A DNA stretch of 64,000 nucleotides from Trichosphaerium sp. ATCC 40318 (taxonomy: Eukaryota > Protista > Tubulinea), in assembly GCA_038496445.1 (NCBI GenBank), contig JALMLS010000062.1:62001-126000 (forward strand). The letters run 5' to 3'. This document shows positions 38,151 through 53,418 of this stretch, piece after piece. A model generated the notes under the pieces. The model saw only the letters and a list, made by a program, of their open reading frames with translations, had not been told where the DNA came from and did no database searches. Position 1 is the first letter of the stretch. Every line of letters starts with the position of its first letter. Position numbers and translations under genes: made by a program.

Positions 38151-39676
38151 TTACTCATTGTCACCTTCAATGACTATTATTGTGTCTTTTGTTTCTTCAT
38201 TATCAGTTTTATTTGTACTGGATAATGACGTAACTTCAGTAGCTGCTTCGTCTTTAGTTACTTTAGATTTTTTTTTGCGTGGTTTTTTTTCACCAACCTC
38301 TTCTGATGATTCATTGTCAAGTTCAGAGCTTTCCTCATCCAAAGCACTTTCGCTATTACCATTGCTTGACTCTCCAGAACTGTCATCTTCGGAACTATCA
38401 TCCTCAGAACTATCATCCTCCGAACTATCATCCTCAGAACTGTCATCTTCGGAACTATCATCTTCGGAACTATCATCTTCGGAACTATCATCTTCTGAAC
38501 TGTTGTCAGCTTCAGACTTTCCTTTTGATGAGCCGTCTGAGCTACTACTATCTTCTTCATGACCACCAGCACGATCATTGTACTTATCTAACTCTTCTTT
38601 AATATCAATCCACTCATCTGTGTCATTATCCATATGTGCAAATAACGCCGCTTCTTCACGATCTTCCTCTGTTTCACGTGTTTTTCGGATGTACCTTAAA
38701 AAAACTGGTTAGAATACAAAACCTCGCTAAAGATTGCTCCGTACTTGGCGCCTTTATGGTTCAACAGTGGTACCCAGAATAACCTCAATGAGCGCTCACT
38801 GTCATAAAGAATTTGATGCTTGCTATGCAAAACTTCTTGCCGAAATCTCTCAACAAGAGGCTTCTTGTAGCGAACAAAACCAAGTTCACCAAGAGATATA
38901 ATAATACGACTTATTCTAAGTTTATTGTGCCCATGATTTGCAAAGTTCCTGAATCTCTTTCTCCAGTTAGTAGGATTACGCTTTATAGTCCCTTTCTTAT
39001 AATTCGTCAATCTTAATCCATAAAAATTGAGCATCATCCTAGACATACAAAGTTAACACTCCCACCAAAGAAAAAAAAAGGAATAAAAAAAAGTGTTTGA
39101 AGAAACGTACATGTAGGACTTTAGAAAGCGAACGTTTATGTACATATTATTACGCATAGCCTTTGCTTCATCCTTACCAAGCTCTTCTGATCTCCAACTC
39201 ATACCTAAACACATAAACAACCGGTCAATTAATTCCGGATTTCCAAAATTTTCCGGCTTTTTTAGGGTTTTCTTTTACCTGGTCCTTCAAAGACAGGGAA
39301 TAACCATTGTATGTATCCGTGATGTCTTTCAAGTCTCCCGTGCTTTGAATACCATGACGTTAACATTGTTTCAATCTTGGCGCCATCTGGCTGAGAGGCA
39401 ATCTCGTTGTTGTAGAATTGGTAGTTTGCCTGTTTTTCTGGTGGTAACGAGCGCTAAGGGTCTCGTAAGTACTGGTGGGTAACTGAACTAGTGACTGGCT
39501 TGTAGCTGACGGTAATAAAAAAGATATTGAAGGGATTCTTAGTCAAAAATGTCAAGTGTGGCGTTGAGGATCAAATGAGTGCTATATACCTTTGCTCTGG
39601 TCGTCCTTGAGTACAAGGATTGAACCGCCCGTTCGCGAGGGTTTCCATAAGTTTCGCTTTGAGGCTGTCGTCCCAT
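38151..39676 (-). CDS. Opioid growth factor receptor (OGFr) N-domain protein with acidic tail, multi-exon
   Basis: ANYQFYNNEIASQPDG, LERHHGYIQWLFP, MMLNFYGLRL, HGHNKLRISRIIISLGELG. Confidence 0.85.
38377..38502 (-). repeat. 15-bp coding minisatellite, (SSEDD) x about 8
   Basis: GAACTRTCATCYTCN repeated in tandem in the OGFr-like tail. Confidence 0.95.
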
Positions 39677-40095
39677 AATTCGCTCCCTAAAGTTCTTTAG
39701 TGATATTAAGTATTCACGTAGCGTGTGAGGCGCTTCCGCGACAAGCAAACGGGTTTTTAGTTCAGCGAAAGCCCGAGGTGATCATTGGGTATGCAATGAC
39801 GCAGCTGCGCGCCGAATGTTAACATTGTGTACATAACACCTGTCTAATAATAAATATTTATAGTACGCACCAACAGTGGTAGAGAACACATATGGCGATC
39901 AATATAACCGCGAACGTCTGCAATTTAACAGTCATTAAACGGTTTTACTATTAAACGGCACGTACGCCCGCCAAGGCAATCCCTATAACTTGACCTTGAT
40001 CCACCATGCTGTCCCACCCGTCTTGAAGCTTGTACAAAATGTAGTTGTGGCTTAAGAGTTTCCATTCAGAAAACAAACGCCCATAGTGTACCCAA

Positions 40096-42089
40096 ATGGC
40101 TTCTAAGGACAAATTGAGCAATACCTCAGCAGATGAGGATCTAAATCAATTTCTCACAAGCACAAAAGCGTGGTTGAGTGAATGCGATAAAAAGGAGTCC
40201 AAGAAGGATACTCGCACATTTCTAGAACGTTATCCGTTCCTTGCACCTGAAGAAACCGGCAAAGTATTTAATTTAAGCTTAATGGACATCTTACTTGACA
40301 TAGAAACCAATTAAAACACAACACATTAACTTTGAACCAAAAACGAAGCCAACTAACTCGAACGTATCAAAAGTCTCTAAAAAACCTACGTCAGGCGTAG
40401 ATTATTCAAAATGGGATAAATTCGACGCTGTACGAGCCAGTCTAATAAATTGACAATTAAAAAACAAAAACAGGAAGAAGCACTCAAGTCAGACAACAAA
40501 AAAGAAGCACTGACACTCAAAGACAAGGTATTGTTTTTTATCCAGATAGCCATACATGCATTGTGACTTGCTACTTAGGGTAATGCAAAGTTCAAGCAAG
40601 GCAAATTCAAAGAAGCAATAGACTTGTACGTTTCAGATGATGACATTTTGACAATGTGTCAAAAAAAAAATTACGAGAAAAAACCTCTTTGTTTCTTCTA
40701 ACTCGTGTTGTAGCTACTCTAAGGCTATTGCTATGGATCCTCAAAATGCAGTGTTTCCTGCTAATCGTGCTATGGCTGAGTTAAAACTAAAGAATTTTGA
40801 GAACGTCATAGACGATGCAACATTAGCGATTAAACTTGATAAGAAGTACGCAAAAGCATATCTTCGAAGAGGATTTGCTCGGTTAGAGCTTAAAAAATAT
40901 GCGCAAGCAATGTCAGGTATCACTTAAATAGCTCTAAAGTATGTTATATTAATAAGAAGCCTTTAGATTACAAGACTGTTATCCGTTTGGAGCCTGCTAA
41001 TAAGCAAGCTAGAGCACAATTTGAAAAGATTCAAAAAATTATTAACCAACAAAAAGTCGTTCCTGTAAAATCTATGCAACGCACGTTTCCTTTACAAATG
41101 TTATGTATCCTGATATACTTCACAGCTTCTCAACCAACGCGCACAGAGAAGAACGAAAAAATTCTCATACAACCTATATCAACAAAGAAGAAACAAACGC
41201 CCAAAACATCAACAAATACATTACCTCCAAAACATGTTTACAGAAAACCTCAAAAGGCTACTCAGAAGCCAGTAGAGCCAAGAAAGAAACAACCAAAGAT
41301 ACAAGAAGTCAAAGAAGAAGAGGTAAAGGAAGAAACGCGTAAAACAACACAAACAACTGAAAAAACCAAAAAAGGTACAACTTTTGCTCACATCGATCTC
41401 CTTCTTTTATTTGTTCTAATTTTTTCTTCTTTTACAAAGCACGGTCTTTGTTTGGTGTTCCTACTGCTGCACCAAAGTCATTTCCAGAGTTTGAGCGTAA
41501 CTGGAAGGTTATTAAGAATGAAGGAGAATCTGTTGCTAAGTACTTGCAAATGATATCACCAAAGATATTCCCTAAGCTTATAGATCATCATTTAACCGAG
41601 GATATGTTAATTTCATTTACTAGAGTTATGGCTGATAACAAATATTTCAGGTAAAGAAGTGTAGAACATTTCAAAAAACACGATCTTTTTTTACTGTCCT
41701 TTGTCCCTTTTTTTTTTTTTGTTGAATCAAGACGTATAATAGCTCTGTTTTCTTCTTTTTTTTATAATGATTACGTGTACTATTCACAAATATTCTCGTG
41801 ACAAAGTCATAAAGATATTTTGGTGAAAGGTGTTGCACATGGGTCGTTATCTACTGTTTTCGTTGGTTTTTGCTTTTTTTAAATTTAACTTCTACGTAAT
41901 TACTCACCTCCGCTTAGTGATAAATCTCTTTTAGATTATACTATTGCTTTATCTAAAGTACCGCGTATCTCTACTTTAATTATGTTCCTTGGAAGTACGG
42001 ACAAGGTTTTTCTGAACAGCATACTTGATAGACTAAAATCAATCTGTACAAAGGAACAACTTGTAACAATAAAAAAAGCTCTCACGTGA
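40096..42089 (+). CDS. RPAP3: RPAP3/Tah1-like TPR co-chaperone (R2TP), multi-exon
   Basis: DYSKWDKFD, KDKGNAKFKQGKFKEAI..YSKAI, AVFPANRAMAELKLK, KAYLRRG, LEPANKQA; C-terminal PKSFPEFERNWK...YLQMI.P...LSKVPRISTLIMFL. Confidence 0.85.
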
Positions 42090-42315
42090 CGAAACTATAA
42101 AAAAGTTAGAACAACGATCCTGTGTTATGACACTAAAATGCGTATCTCACTCACAGTTTCTTTGTCAAGAGGTACAATCTCGTCACGTACTTCTAAGAGT
42201 GCAGTAGAGAGCGCACAAGTTGAAAAAAACAGGGTGCGAAAGTCTGTGTTTTGTAAAATGTGGGTCAATTTTTCACAATCACGTTTGCTTCCTGTCGATT
42301 GAACCTTGTTTCGTT

Positions 42316-44860
42316 ATGTCGCTCAGTTATCAAAAAACTATTGCGCTATGCGCAATAGTAGTATTATTCTATGCAAATAATGCTCTTGCCCAAGCTCCGA
42401 TTATCACCAGTTGCCCGGCCCTTACTACAGTACGTGATGAGTATCATAGCATCGAACTACAAAAAAAAAAATTAGACTTGTTGTTTCTTGGACCTAAATA
42501 ATATCACGTGGAGGCTTATAAATATAAACGAGCATATTTTTGAATAAACAAAGGTAATCTAATGAATTGTTTAATTAGAGTGGATGTCAGCCAATAATGA
42601 ACCCTATGAGTTCAATAACATCAGGATGTCCAGAGCAGATGATTGAAAATCTATCTCCACCAGTACGAACAAAAATACAATAACCAAAGGTAGATTTTCT
42701 TTCTTTCTTACTCTTTTTTCTTTTAAGACTCTTGGTACTGGTTGTACTCGCATGGATACGTTTACTTTTACGGTAACGAGAAGAGACCTTTGTTGTTTTG
42801 TTCCGTCACGTGATTATTATTTTCTCACGTGATATTTAAGGTCACTGACCCATGTAACATGTTGACGGATATGTGTTCATTCACTGTCGCAAGAAACCAA
42901 CCTAATATCCCGCCTACGCTTTTCCAAGGTGTTGATCCGCGTGTACCTCTCGTTGGATACTTACCTTGTGGCTCCGATACATCATCAAGCGTTCTTGGTT
43001 CACCTCAGGTACGCAAAACCAAAAAGGAAAAAAATCGTAAAAGTCTCACGTAAAAATAGCATTTTAGTTTTTTTTTTGTTTACAAAATTCTCCTTTTGTG
43101 AAGCGCTTTTTTAACTTGATATTTATAGTTCCTTGATGATTGTGATGGTCTATTTCAAGGTCAGGAAGAAAATACACAAACAGACGATGGTTGTATCACT
43201 ACAATTGATCGCGTCTTTACCGGTGTAGACTCTTGCAATGCAGCTGTTATGTTCAACCAAGTTATCTTTGTAGCAACAGATAGTGACCGTAAGTATGAAG
43301 GTCACCTTCAAAAAAACCTCACGATGATTTACGCACTCCTTCAATCGCTTGTTTTTTGTGTAATCTCCGATCTCTTTTTCTTAGTACTTTTTTCGTTTTT
43401 CTCGTGTTTTTGTTGGTACAGTTTTATTCGTCTAACGTTTGGACTTAGCACCAACGCTTACGCCTCCCGCCAATATTGACTTCGTTGGCGATCCAAATAA
43501 TCTCCCACCACCAACTGTTCTCGGTCAAGCAAGTTGTGTTGATCCTTGCAGTAATACAACAACAAACTGGACAGACGCAATAACATCAGTAAACCCAACT
43601 GTAGTGACTAGGTACCAGATCTTTTTTTGAACAAATTGCTGTTTTGTAGAATGTGTTTTATTTTCTGGTTTACCACAAGCACATCATACATGATAGTTTA
43701 TCGAGACGTAAACTAGTAAATTTTTTTTTTGCGTAAATTATCACGTGATGTTTTTGTTTTTTGATTGGAAAATCGACTGCAAAAAAACTTGAAACTCCGC
43801 CTTACTGTATGTTGGTGACTTATTTAAGGACATTCAATTGTTATGATGAATGTATGAACTTGGCTGCAGCTGTAGGTCAACAAATCACAATTGTTCCACC
43901 ACCAACAGCAGCACCACCACCAACAGCAGCGCCTACAGCCGCACCAACCTCAACTCAAATCTCAGGCGATCCTCACTTCCGAGGATTCCTCAATCAAATC
44001 TATGATTTCCGTACGCAGGCGGCTCAACCTAACGCCCCTACTCTCCCATAACATCTCAATACCTTACAATCGCTTTATAATAGATGGAACACCAAATGCT
44101 ATGTTTAATTTGATAACATCCAAAGACCTTCAAATCAACTCATTGTTTCTCGACTCTGACTTGATTAAACGTGCAAACAAACTCCGTACTTATATGGGAG
44201 CTATCGGTATCACTTCAGCTCAAGGAAAAGCAAAGATTAGTATCGAATGTGACCGTGAAGAGGTTCGTTAAAATGAACATTTCAAAAAACCAAAGCTGTT
44301 AACAAATGTGTAGGGCGAAAGACATATCAAAGTAAACGGTGTTGAAGTCACTCCAGGAGATCACTTTAAGTTCGGTAAAACTTCTTTCAAAATGACCCAT
44401 GCCAAGAATGGAAGGTATGAAACGAAGTGTTAATCCAGTGAGTGCTCATGTTCCTTAGATGCGTATTTTCCACACCTGTATTGCAGTTGTCTATTAGATT
44501 TTCAGTATCAACTTACTCCAGTTGTCATCTTAACATGAGGGCTAAGCTCTTAGCTAAGCCACCTACGCCTATGCATGGTGTTTTGGGACAAACTACAAAC
44601 CCAGAAAAAGCAAATCTCGAGGGAGACGGTGATCAAGGAGTTGGTGTTGTTGATGTACGCTAAAAGTAGTTTTTCCTTCTTTCTTTTTTTTTTCACATCA
44701 CTTACAACTTTTTTTCAAAAAGGGCACGTGGGAAGAATACCGCCTTACTTCTGATGATCTTTTCGGTACTGATTTCAAGTATAATCTATACACTGGCGAG
44801 AGAGAAAGTTACAAAAACCTTCAACCAATGGAAGACCCAGAAGACGCTATTTCCGATTAA
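42316..44860 (+). CDS. Secreted Cys-rich protein: HYR/Ig-like repeats, PTAAP stalk, C-terminal GDPHF (VWD/root-cap-like) domain, multi-exon
   Basis: Signal peptide; repeats of the type VTDPCN..CSFTV and RTFNCYDECMN; PPPTAAPPPTAAPT; ISGDPHFRGF..YDF, FNLITS..LQINSLF, MHGVLGQT, DLFGTDFKYN. Confidence 0.7.
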
Positions 44861-45086
44861 AGAAAAAAAAAAGTGATAACTTTTTTTGTAATGTCGGATT
44901 AACGTTCGCCACCCCCTTTTAGCTAAAATACAATCTTTTCGAAATAATGCAGTATGTATCTTTGAGATTTGGTGGGTCTTCAGGGAGTTAATCACAAATA
45001 GAAAAAAGGGTTTGGTAAGCTGGTATGAGGTATAGTACATTTATTTTAGGAGGTGTTGTTACAATACAAGGTTTTTAGAGCTTAAG

Positions 45087-45683
45087 TTATTTCTTGCAAG
45101 CACGAGAGAAACTCGTGATGCGTGTTGTTGACGCAAAGTGCATCAACCTTGTGTCCAATAGAGCCAGTGCTGTTGTGTTTTGTTCGAAGCATTTCCGTAC
45201 AAAATTAATCATACACTCTGGAGCCTTGGCTTCTATCAGCCTGTTTATTTGTCGCCCAGAATTCGTGTAATGTGCTGTGAGGTACTCGAGTCCCGTTGTG
45301 TTGATCATATCGACCCATTCATCGCCGTGGTCGCCGAGAAACAGTTCTACAGCCAAGTAGCCAATGTGAGAGACATCTGTAGTCATGGAATCACCTTCGT
45401 CTGGGAATTTGTAGGTGTCACCGTTGCCGATCTTTTGGGCTCCATTTATACCACCGAGTTGTATCTGACCCTTTGGCATGCTAATGGTTTTCGAAGATAC
45501 AGTCAAGTGCGCGTAGCCATCCTTGTGGATGGTTGCTACTTGCGTTACCGTCTCCTTTAGTACCGTTGCTGTAGCGCGGATGCTGAGGTGCTTAGGAGCA
45601 AGTTGGTGTAGCGATTTCACCTTGCGCTTTGCCGTACGTTTGGTGAATAGGTTGGTGATCGATGTTGTGATAAAGGAAAGCAT
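45087..45683 (-). CDS. Intronless orphan with degenerate protein-kinase C-lobe (probable pseudokinase fragment)
   Basis: DVSHIGYLAVELFLG resembles subdomain IX and PECMINFVRKCFE..TALALL resembles subdomain XI. No HRD or DFG. Sequence is more GC-rich than its neighbours. Confidence 0.55.
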   Translation of the reverse strand: MLSFITTSITNLFTKRTAKRKVKSLHQLAPKHLSIRATATVLKETVTQVATIHKDGYAHLTVSSKTISMPKGQIQLGGINGAQKIGNGDTYKFPDEGDSMTTDVSHIGYLAVELFLGDHGDEWVDMINTTGLEYLTAHYTNSGRQINRLIEAKAPECMINFVRKCFEQNTTALALLDTRLMHFASTTRITSFSRACKK

Positions 45684-46385
45684 TAGAGGAGTTGTTGATG
45701 TTGAGTAGTTGTATTTTGACTTAAAATGCGATAAGCTTAGCCGAACTGCGTTAAACTATTTGCGGTATAAACAGTTCGTATTCTGCCCAGTTGCCAGTGT
45801 TGACTTTTTCAAATATTTAAAAAAAGCGCCAAAAGGAATTGATCACTCACGGAATGGCGGTATAGTATCTGGAAAATAACCTCAGACGCAGGGAGAAATA
45901 GTAAGGAGTGCGAAAAACGTTTTGCCGTGTCGTTACACCCATCTTGGCGAAATCACGTTTTGTTTACTGAAACGTCGCCAAAAAGGTCTAAATAGGCAGG
46001 TGACGTTGTAGAGTGCTGTATTTAATAACTTGCGAGTTGTTCAAAGCTATTTACTAAGAATAACAGTACGCGATGTTGTAGGCCGACAATGCATCAATAA
46101 TTAGTTAGGTACAGCGATATTAGGTCACTAGGAGTTGTTTGGAAGAAATCTACTCCAAACAACTGTAGTGTATTTGCACGCGTCAACCAAGCGCACTGCG
46201 CTGTTTTACAAAGGCTCAAACCTCTTCTTTAGTCGAAGAACAATCATTTTATTTATGTCCATCAACTACTGCGATTGGAACGAACAAGGGGTACTCTGCT
46301 AGCAGTTTCTACGCGTTGCGGAGAAATATTTCAAGTCGCCAAGAAAAAAAAATTAACACATGTTAATTTTTCAGCACCCATAGGC

Positions 46386-46505
46386 CCTCCTACGGAGATT
46401 GATTCACCAATGCTATGGTTACTAAGCCGGGTACTTAGAGATTGCACAACCCTCCATACGGAGATAGATTCACCGATGCCTCTCATGGAACATTGGTTAC
46501 TAAGC
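46386..46505. repeat. Short imperfect direct duplication (about 40-55 bp) in an intergenic region
   Basis: CCTCCTACGGAGATTGATTCACCAATGC..TGGTTACTAAGC versus CCTCCATACGGAGATAGATTCACCGATGC..TGGTTACTAAGC. Confidence 0.7.
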
Positions 46506-47059
46506 TGTGTGTATCTTTGCTTGTTGGGTTTTTCTGTATTGTGCTAACAACTCACATGCTTTCAAGTCTGGGCAAGCGTCATGTGGATGTATCAATATTA
46601 CTGGTTCAACTCGATACACTTTATAAATACTCTGGTTTCCTTTTATCTAAGTAAATATCAATTGTAAATAAATTATGGGATTCAAAAAATGCAAAATAAT
46701 GAAGCTTTCACACTTTTAATGCGCGGAAACACATTATGAGGGGTTGATTATACGTTCTGGATAGGTTTGGGGTTGTTTAATAAAAAGGATAACAACCCTC
46801 CTTTAATCGAATCAAAGTTGGCTTAGTACGTACTGTACACGCACAGAAATGCAAGTATTTCTTCCAAGATGATGAGAAACCAAAAAAAAAGGTAATCAAA
46901 TGCCCCAAACGATTAGTTCTTCGTTCCTATTCATGTAAAAAGCTCGTGCACACTATTTAACATGTTAACATTTGGTTAAAGCCAGAATCTTCGAACAAGA
47001 AAGCTACGAAAATGCTTCGTACCTTTTAATTTGTGGCTACAGCCACTCTCACGATTTTT

Positions 47060-48140
47060 GAGCGCGAATGAGGTGCTTTGATATTTCTACCAAGCCAATT
47101 TTATCGAAAACCTGAATACTTGAATTCCACGCCAAGAACTTACTCCTGAAGATGACTATTGCTTCGTCAAGTTTTGTTTAATTCGAATCTCGCTCTACTT
47201 CTCTCTTGCTGTAGCACTAACACTGTATCCGCATCGCGTTAGTGCATATTATCCTGTTGTGCTGCGGCGTTGGGTTATAAATACGCTCTTTCATGTAGAG
47301 ACTGTATATAGAAACAGAGCCATAACGACGACGAGTTCAAGCTGTGTTTGAACGTTGGGGTGAAATTGTAGTCATGAATAGATGCGACTGAAAATATTAA
47401 TTGCACAAGATTGTCATTTTGGCCTAAACAATGGTTAAAAGATGCAATAGAAAGCTTTGTGTGTACGTACCTTCAAAATAATTGTGTCTACACGTTATCT
47501 ACGAAATTAAACGTTTAGCGTGCTAGTTGCACTGAATGCATGCATGTATTTCTAGAGAACCGTGTAACTCTAAGTAAATACATGAAACAACAAGACGGCA
47601 AATGAATAATATTAGGTACCGCTTTATCACGAGTGAGCAACTGGTGATTCTATAAAACAACGCATTTTATTGCTATAAACACAACCACTTTCTACAGAGG
47701 TTGCTAATCGCTTGAGGCAACTGCCAGCTCTTATAAGGTGAAAGGTAGTGCATTTACAGCAATTGCGCCGAGTTTGAAGCTGAATCATCTTGTGGACAAG
47801 TATCGCGGTATGTATCCTGACGCAACGTCTTGTGTGCTCACTATCTTTTTATAGTTAGACACGTACTAATTACAAATTACTCTGTCCGATGGAACTCAAG
47901 TTCGTACCAGCACTTCCTTGTGTAGATAATAGGTGCTGTTTCTTACAGAACCTGCAGAGTTATTTACCAGCAGTTTTTTTGGTTGGGTGATCAAAAGGCC
48001 GTATACTTCTGGATTGTGTTTTAATGTGCAGTGGTATGCTATGACCACGCGACGCAACTAACCTAACGCTTTTTTTAGCCTGCTGGGGTTTATTGGATTG
48101 AAAACGCTCAAATAACCCATTCGTTCATTAAAGTGTTCTA
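47060..48140 (+). pseudogene. Possible decayed multi-exon gene
   Basis: Exon-sized segments bounded by YAG and GTATG/GTACG signals, with protein-like text broken by stops and frameshifts (RLYIETEP*RRRVQAVFERWGEI is RRM-like; PAGVYWIENAQI). Confidence 0.3.
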
Positions 48141-49313
48141 GGGCAACGTTTTCAAGTACAATAACAAAAAAATCGTATCCTCGTACCTCCATTTATTTCA
48201 GAGTGCGTCAACCACGCCGGCAAATAACAACAGGGCGCATTTAACATACTGTTGCGTTTTACAAATCATGTTGGCCATAAGATTCGAATTAGCTACTGGT
48301 AATTAGATAAAACTATCAATTACTTCATTATTTCGGCGAGGGTTTAATAAATAGTGCGTACGTTGCTTTAATAATTGATCATTTTTTTTTTCTGGACAGC
48401 TTAACAAACTCTAAGTCAACCACCAAGTTTCAATAATCTTGAATGACAAAACGCTGCGCGTTACCAATGTAGTTTACGTGGTAAAGCGTAAGCTAAACTG
48501 AGTGATGAACGTATTTTGTATGGCAAAATGACACATTGTGCCAAAATAGGTTCACTGAATATCGCTTAATTGCTTGCACCAGGTACTTCTACTACATCTG
48601 AACGTCCTTAGCCTTCATTTTGATTTGGCAGAAAAACCCAGATCCTGATTCTAAAGGCATTTTCATGCCAATATAGTAGCGACACCTGTTCCGACGCCTA
48701 AGCTGACTGAGGTACCGAACCCTTACAGCTGTATTTCTTTCCTCCAGGTTGTCTGAAAAGAAGAATGTTAATTCTAGCATTTAATGCACTTTTAGTTCTT
48801 ATGTATGGTGCAACTTTGTAACAAATACCATTCGGACAACCATATTTGCACTCTCATTAACCCAACTGCTTTGTCCAACTTCTTTGAAAGATAAAACCAC
48901 GTGTTTACTGTTTTTGGGTTCTTGTTGTACGTATCTTGAAGTTGAAACACAACTGTAAAACTGGCTGATTTGTTGTTAGTAAGCTATTACTCTTCTTCAA
49001 AGCCGAGCTGTATGGTTGTGTCCTTTTAAAACGTCAAAATCAGTCAGGGTAACATAAACTATTTCTTCCTTAAGCTGAGGCATTTAAGTGTTGTAATAGC
49101 CGCTAAAGAGTGCCTAGCAATGCAAGGGATTGTAATTAGGCGTTGTATTGCCCGTACTACAAATTCTAGAAGACCTACTCGCATTGCGCGTCGTACATAC
49201 CATGTTTCTAGTATACGCGCTAAGGAATCATTTTTTAGCTCCGTAATTAACAAAGTAACCAATTATGCGTTAACTCAAGTATTATGAACTTATTTTATAT
49301 GTAGACAGTTAAA

Positions 49314-51979
49314 ATGGCTACTGGTGCTGTAACTGACGCTGTAAAAGATACTGTAGAAACTGTAAGTGTCAACAAAATTTAAAAGCTGTAACTTATTCTA
49401 CGGAGGCCGGTATAGTAAGAAATGTGGTTGGTGATGCAGTACAGAAGCCTTTAGACTTAATCCAAGGTAAAACGCAAGAAAAACTTTATTCGCGCGCCAA
49501 CGTGCTAGTATCATTACCTAGAGCACTGAAAAGCGACTACACCGTTATACAAAATAAATATCACTAATTGGTCACCAAAAGGTGTCGCAGAGAAACCACC
49601 CCTGTTAATTGGCAGAGATAAGGAACTACGATACCTAGGCGAGATGGTAAACGAAAATGACGCAACAAGCGTTAATTTTATTCATGGTCCTAAAGGTACA
49701 AAAAAAAAGCGTTAAAAGTTTACGTCTTCATTGGGTAATAACTCTTTACCTGACCTTGATTGTAGGCCAAGGTAAGAGTACACTATTAAAAGGGGCTTTG
49801 TGGGGGAGAAAGCGTGTTATAAAAATAAGTTTTGGCGAGGTACACATGCTGTAACAACAAGCAAAAAGAAATTAATGAAACTTTTTCTATTCATATTTGT
49901 TTGGCGTTAATATCTTTGTAGTCTTCTCCAAGCAATGTTGATGAGTTGTATCGCATACTACAACAAACATTTAATCCATATTCTGTCGAAGCAACAGGAG
50001 AGAGGTACTATAAGAGTGACGAGAAGGACTTCATGCTTTTGTGATAAAACCATTGAGTTTCTGATTTTGTTGCAGTTTGAAAGTAACACTCGGACGTATT
50101 CTACCAAAAGTATCCCTAAAGTTTATTGATATATCAATTGGTGGAGAAAAAACAAAATACGAGAAATCAGATCTTACTGGACTACTTAAAGGTACCAACA
50201 CTTAACAACAACATTTTCTCATTTTTTTCTCTTTCCCATAAAGGCTTGGAAGTGTTGTTTGAGTCAGACAAGGAGTTTAAACCTGTTATTGTTATTGATA
50301 ATTTTGAAAAGTACGTCAATTTTTTTATTTATGTGCACTGGTAAAGCTGTAAAAGATCTTCGACTTTTTGACATTTGACACATTTTGACATCTTCTTATT
50401 TACATTTTTTAGTGCCAGTGATTTGGATTCTAGTGTATTGGATGATTTTATGAAATGGATGGTTAATGTAGCAAATGCTGGAAAAGCCCATTTTATTCTC
50501 ATTTCTGATAGTGACTACTTTTTTTATAACCTACGACGTAAAGGTAAACGAAAAAAAAAAAAAACCACTAATGGCTTTTCTTCTTTTTTTCTTAACTTTT
50601 TACAACTTTAGCCACTTATGGTCAAGACTTGTTTGGTATTTGCGTTGGTGATTTACCTATAACTGCTACACTCGAATTCGTGGAGCACAACAGAGACATG
50701 GTATCAATGAATGAGTCTCAAGTGAGTAGTGTTACACGCGTTTTTGGTGGTCGGTACGCTTTTTTTGCTTTGTTATCAAGTTAAACACGAACAAGCCACG
50801 TTTTGTTCAGGGTTGGCGTGTAATTTGTATTAATGTGCTTATTTTTATTACTATACAGAGTTGGTCACTTGAAGACATTCCTAAAATTTTTGAAGAGGTT
50901 GGGAGCGAGTTTTGATAAAAGTAAGTTTAAGATCATTTAGTTTTTGATAACATTAAAATTTATTTTGTTAAATAATTTGTTAAGAGGCTAGTTGGCGTAC
51001 TCTCGAGCCTGTTCACAATAGAGTTAGCGAAGCTTATAATCCAAAGCAATTTTACTCGCTATACACTGAAGCTAGGCCTCAATGGACTCCAGGGCAATGG
51101 CAAAGAGGTACAACTAAAAAACCTAAGGAGCAAATTACAAAAATCCATCTTGCTCAATATTTATTGCATACTACTCACCTCAGTGTGATGTTGATAAAAA
51201 TACGTTTTTTTGATTCTGCTTAAAACGCAAGAACTTCTCATCATAATGTTGTGGACAACTCAGTAACCTATTATTAGTAATGCAAATGTTTGTTGAAAGA
51301 GACTTTGCATTTATTCCAGAGAAAGAGATGCGTTCTGTTATTCGTGCATTTAATAAGCGAGATCCAATTGGATCCATGTTAGAATGTGGTTTAATTTGCT
51401 ATAGGCACGTGACAAAACTGTCAAGTCTTATTTTTTTTTTGAATACTTCAATACTCTTTGATATCAAATCATTAATTCTACGTAGAGTAGCTCAGAGTCT
51501 TTCTGGTGAGTTACAACAAGATACACCTGGTTTCGTACCTACAAGTCCAGGCGCATATTGGACAATGGCTGAATGCTTAGAAAAGAAACCATATCCTAGT
51601 ACGTCAAAACAAGTCCACATTCAATTTTTGTAAGCCGAGAACTTATTCTTTTTAGTGCAATTATTGCGAGTTAGCATTAGAGGTGAAAACTACCATCAAC
51701 AAGTTCCAATTCAAGAAATATCGTATGATGGTGTTTCACACGCTATCGCTAGTAGATTTGGACGACAGCCTGAGGATATTATTACCATGGAGAAGAAGTG
51801 TACGTATCGCAAACTTTTTTTTTGTTTTTTTTTGTTTTTTGGAGGTTTCTTACTTATGACTTGTAGTAAACAATCAATTGCTATCAGATGATGATGATAT
51901 GATAGAACTAGACTGGTGGGATAATGTAGTAGTTACATTTGCCGAACCTGATGGAGTCTCAGACGACAAAGAAGAATAA
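49314..51979 (+). CDS. P-loop ATPase (ATPase_2/AAA_16-like) with C-terminal ubiquitin-fold-like domain, multi-exon
   Basis: LIGRDKELRYL, Walker A HGPK|GQGKSTLL, Walker B VIVIDNFE, HFILISD, FGGR|VG.L. Confidence 0.75.
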
Positions 51980-52043
51980 AATAGTTTTGTAAAAAAAAAA
52001 GCAAATAAAAAAACAAAGACCTTGTTTAGGACGATTTTATTGT

Positions 52044-53418
<1,375 letters not shown>

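Noticed and set aside
38158-38602. ORFs with SSSEL, RNYHL or MIVPK repeats; possible CRISPR-like array
   Set aside because: These are alternative frames of the 15-bp SSEDD minisatellite. There are no unique spacers and the context is eukaryotic.
39454-39486. In-frame TAG in FSYPPVLRDP*RSLPP upstream of the OGFr domain, suggesting stop-codon reassignment or an 18-nt intron
   Set aside because: That TAG works as the acceptor of a normal phase-0 intron (AK|RSLPP), and TAG, TAA and TGA all terminate other genes in the window.
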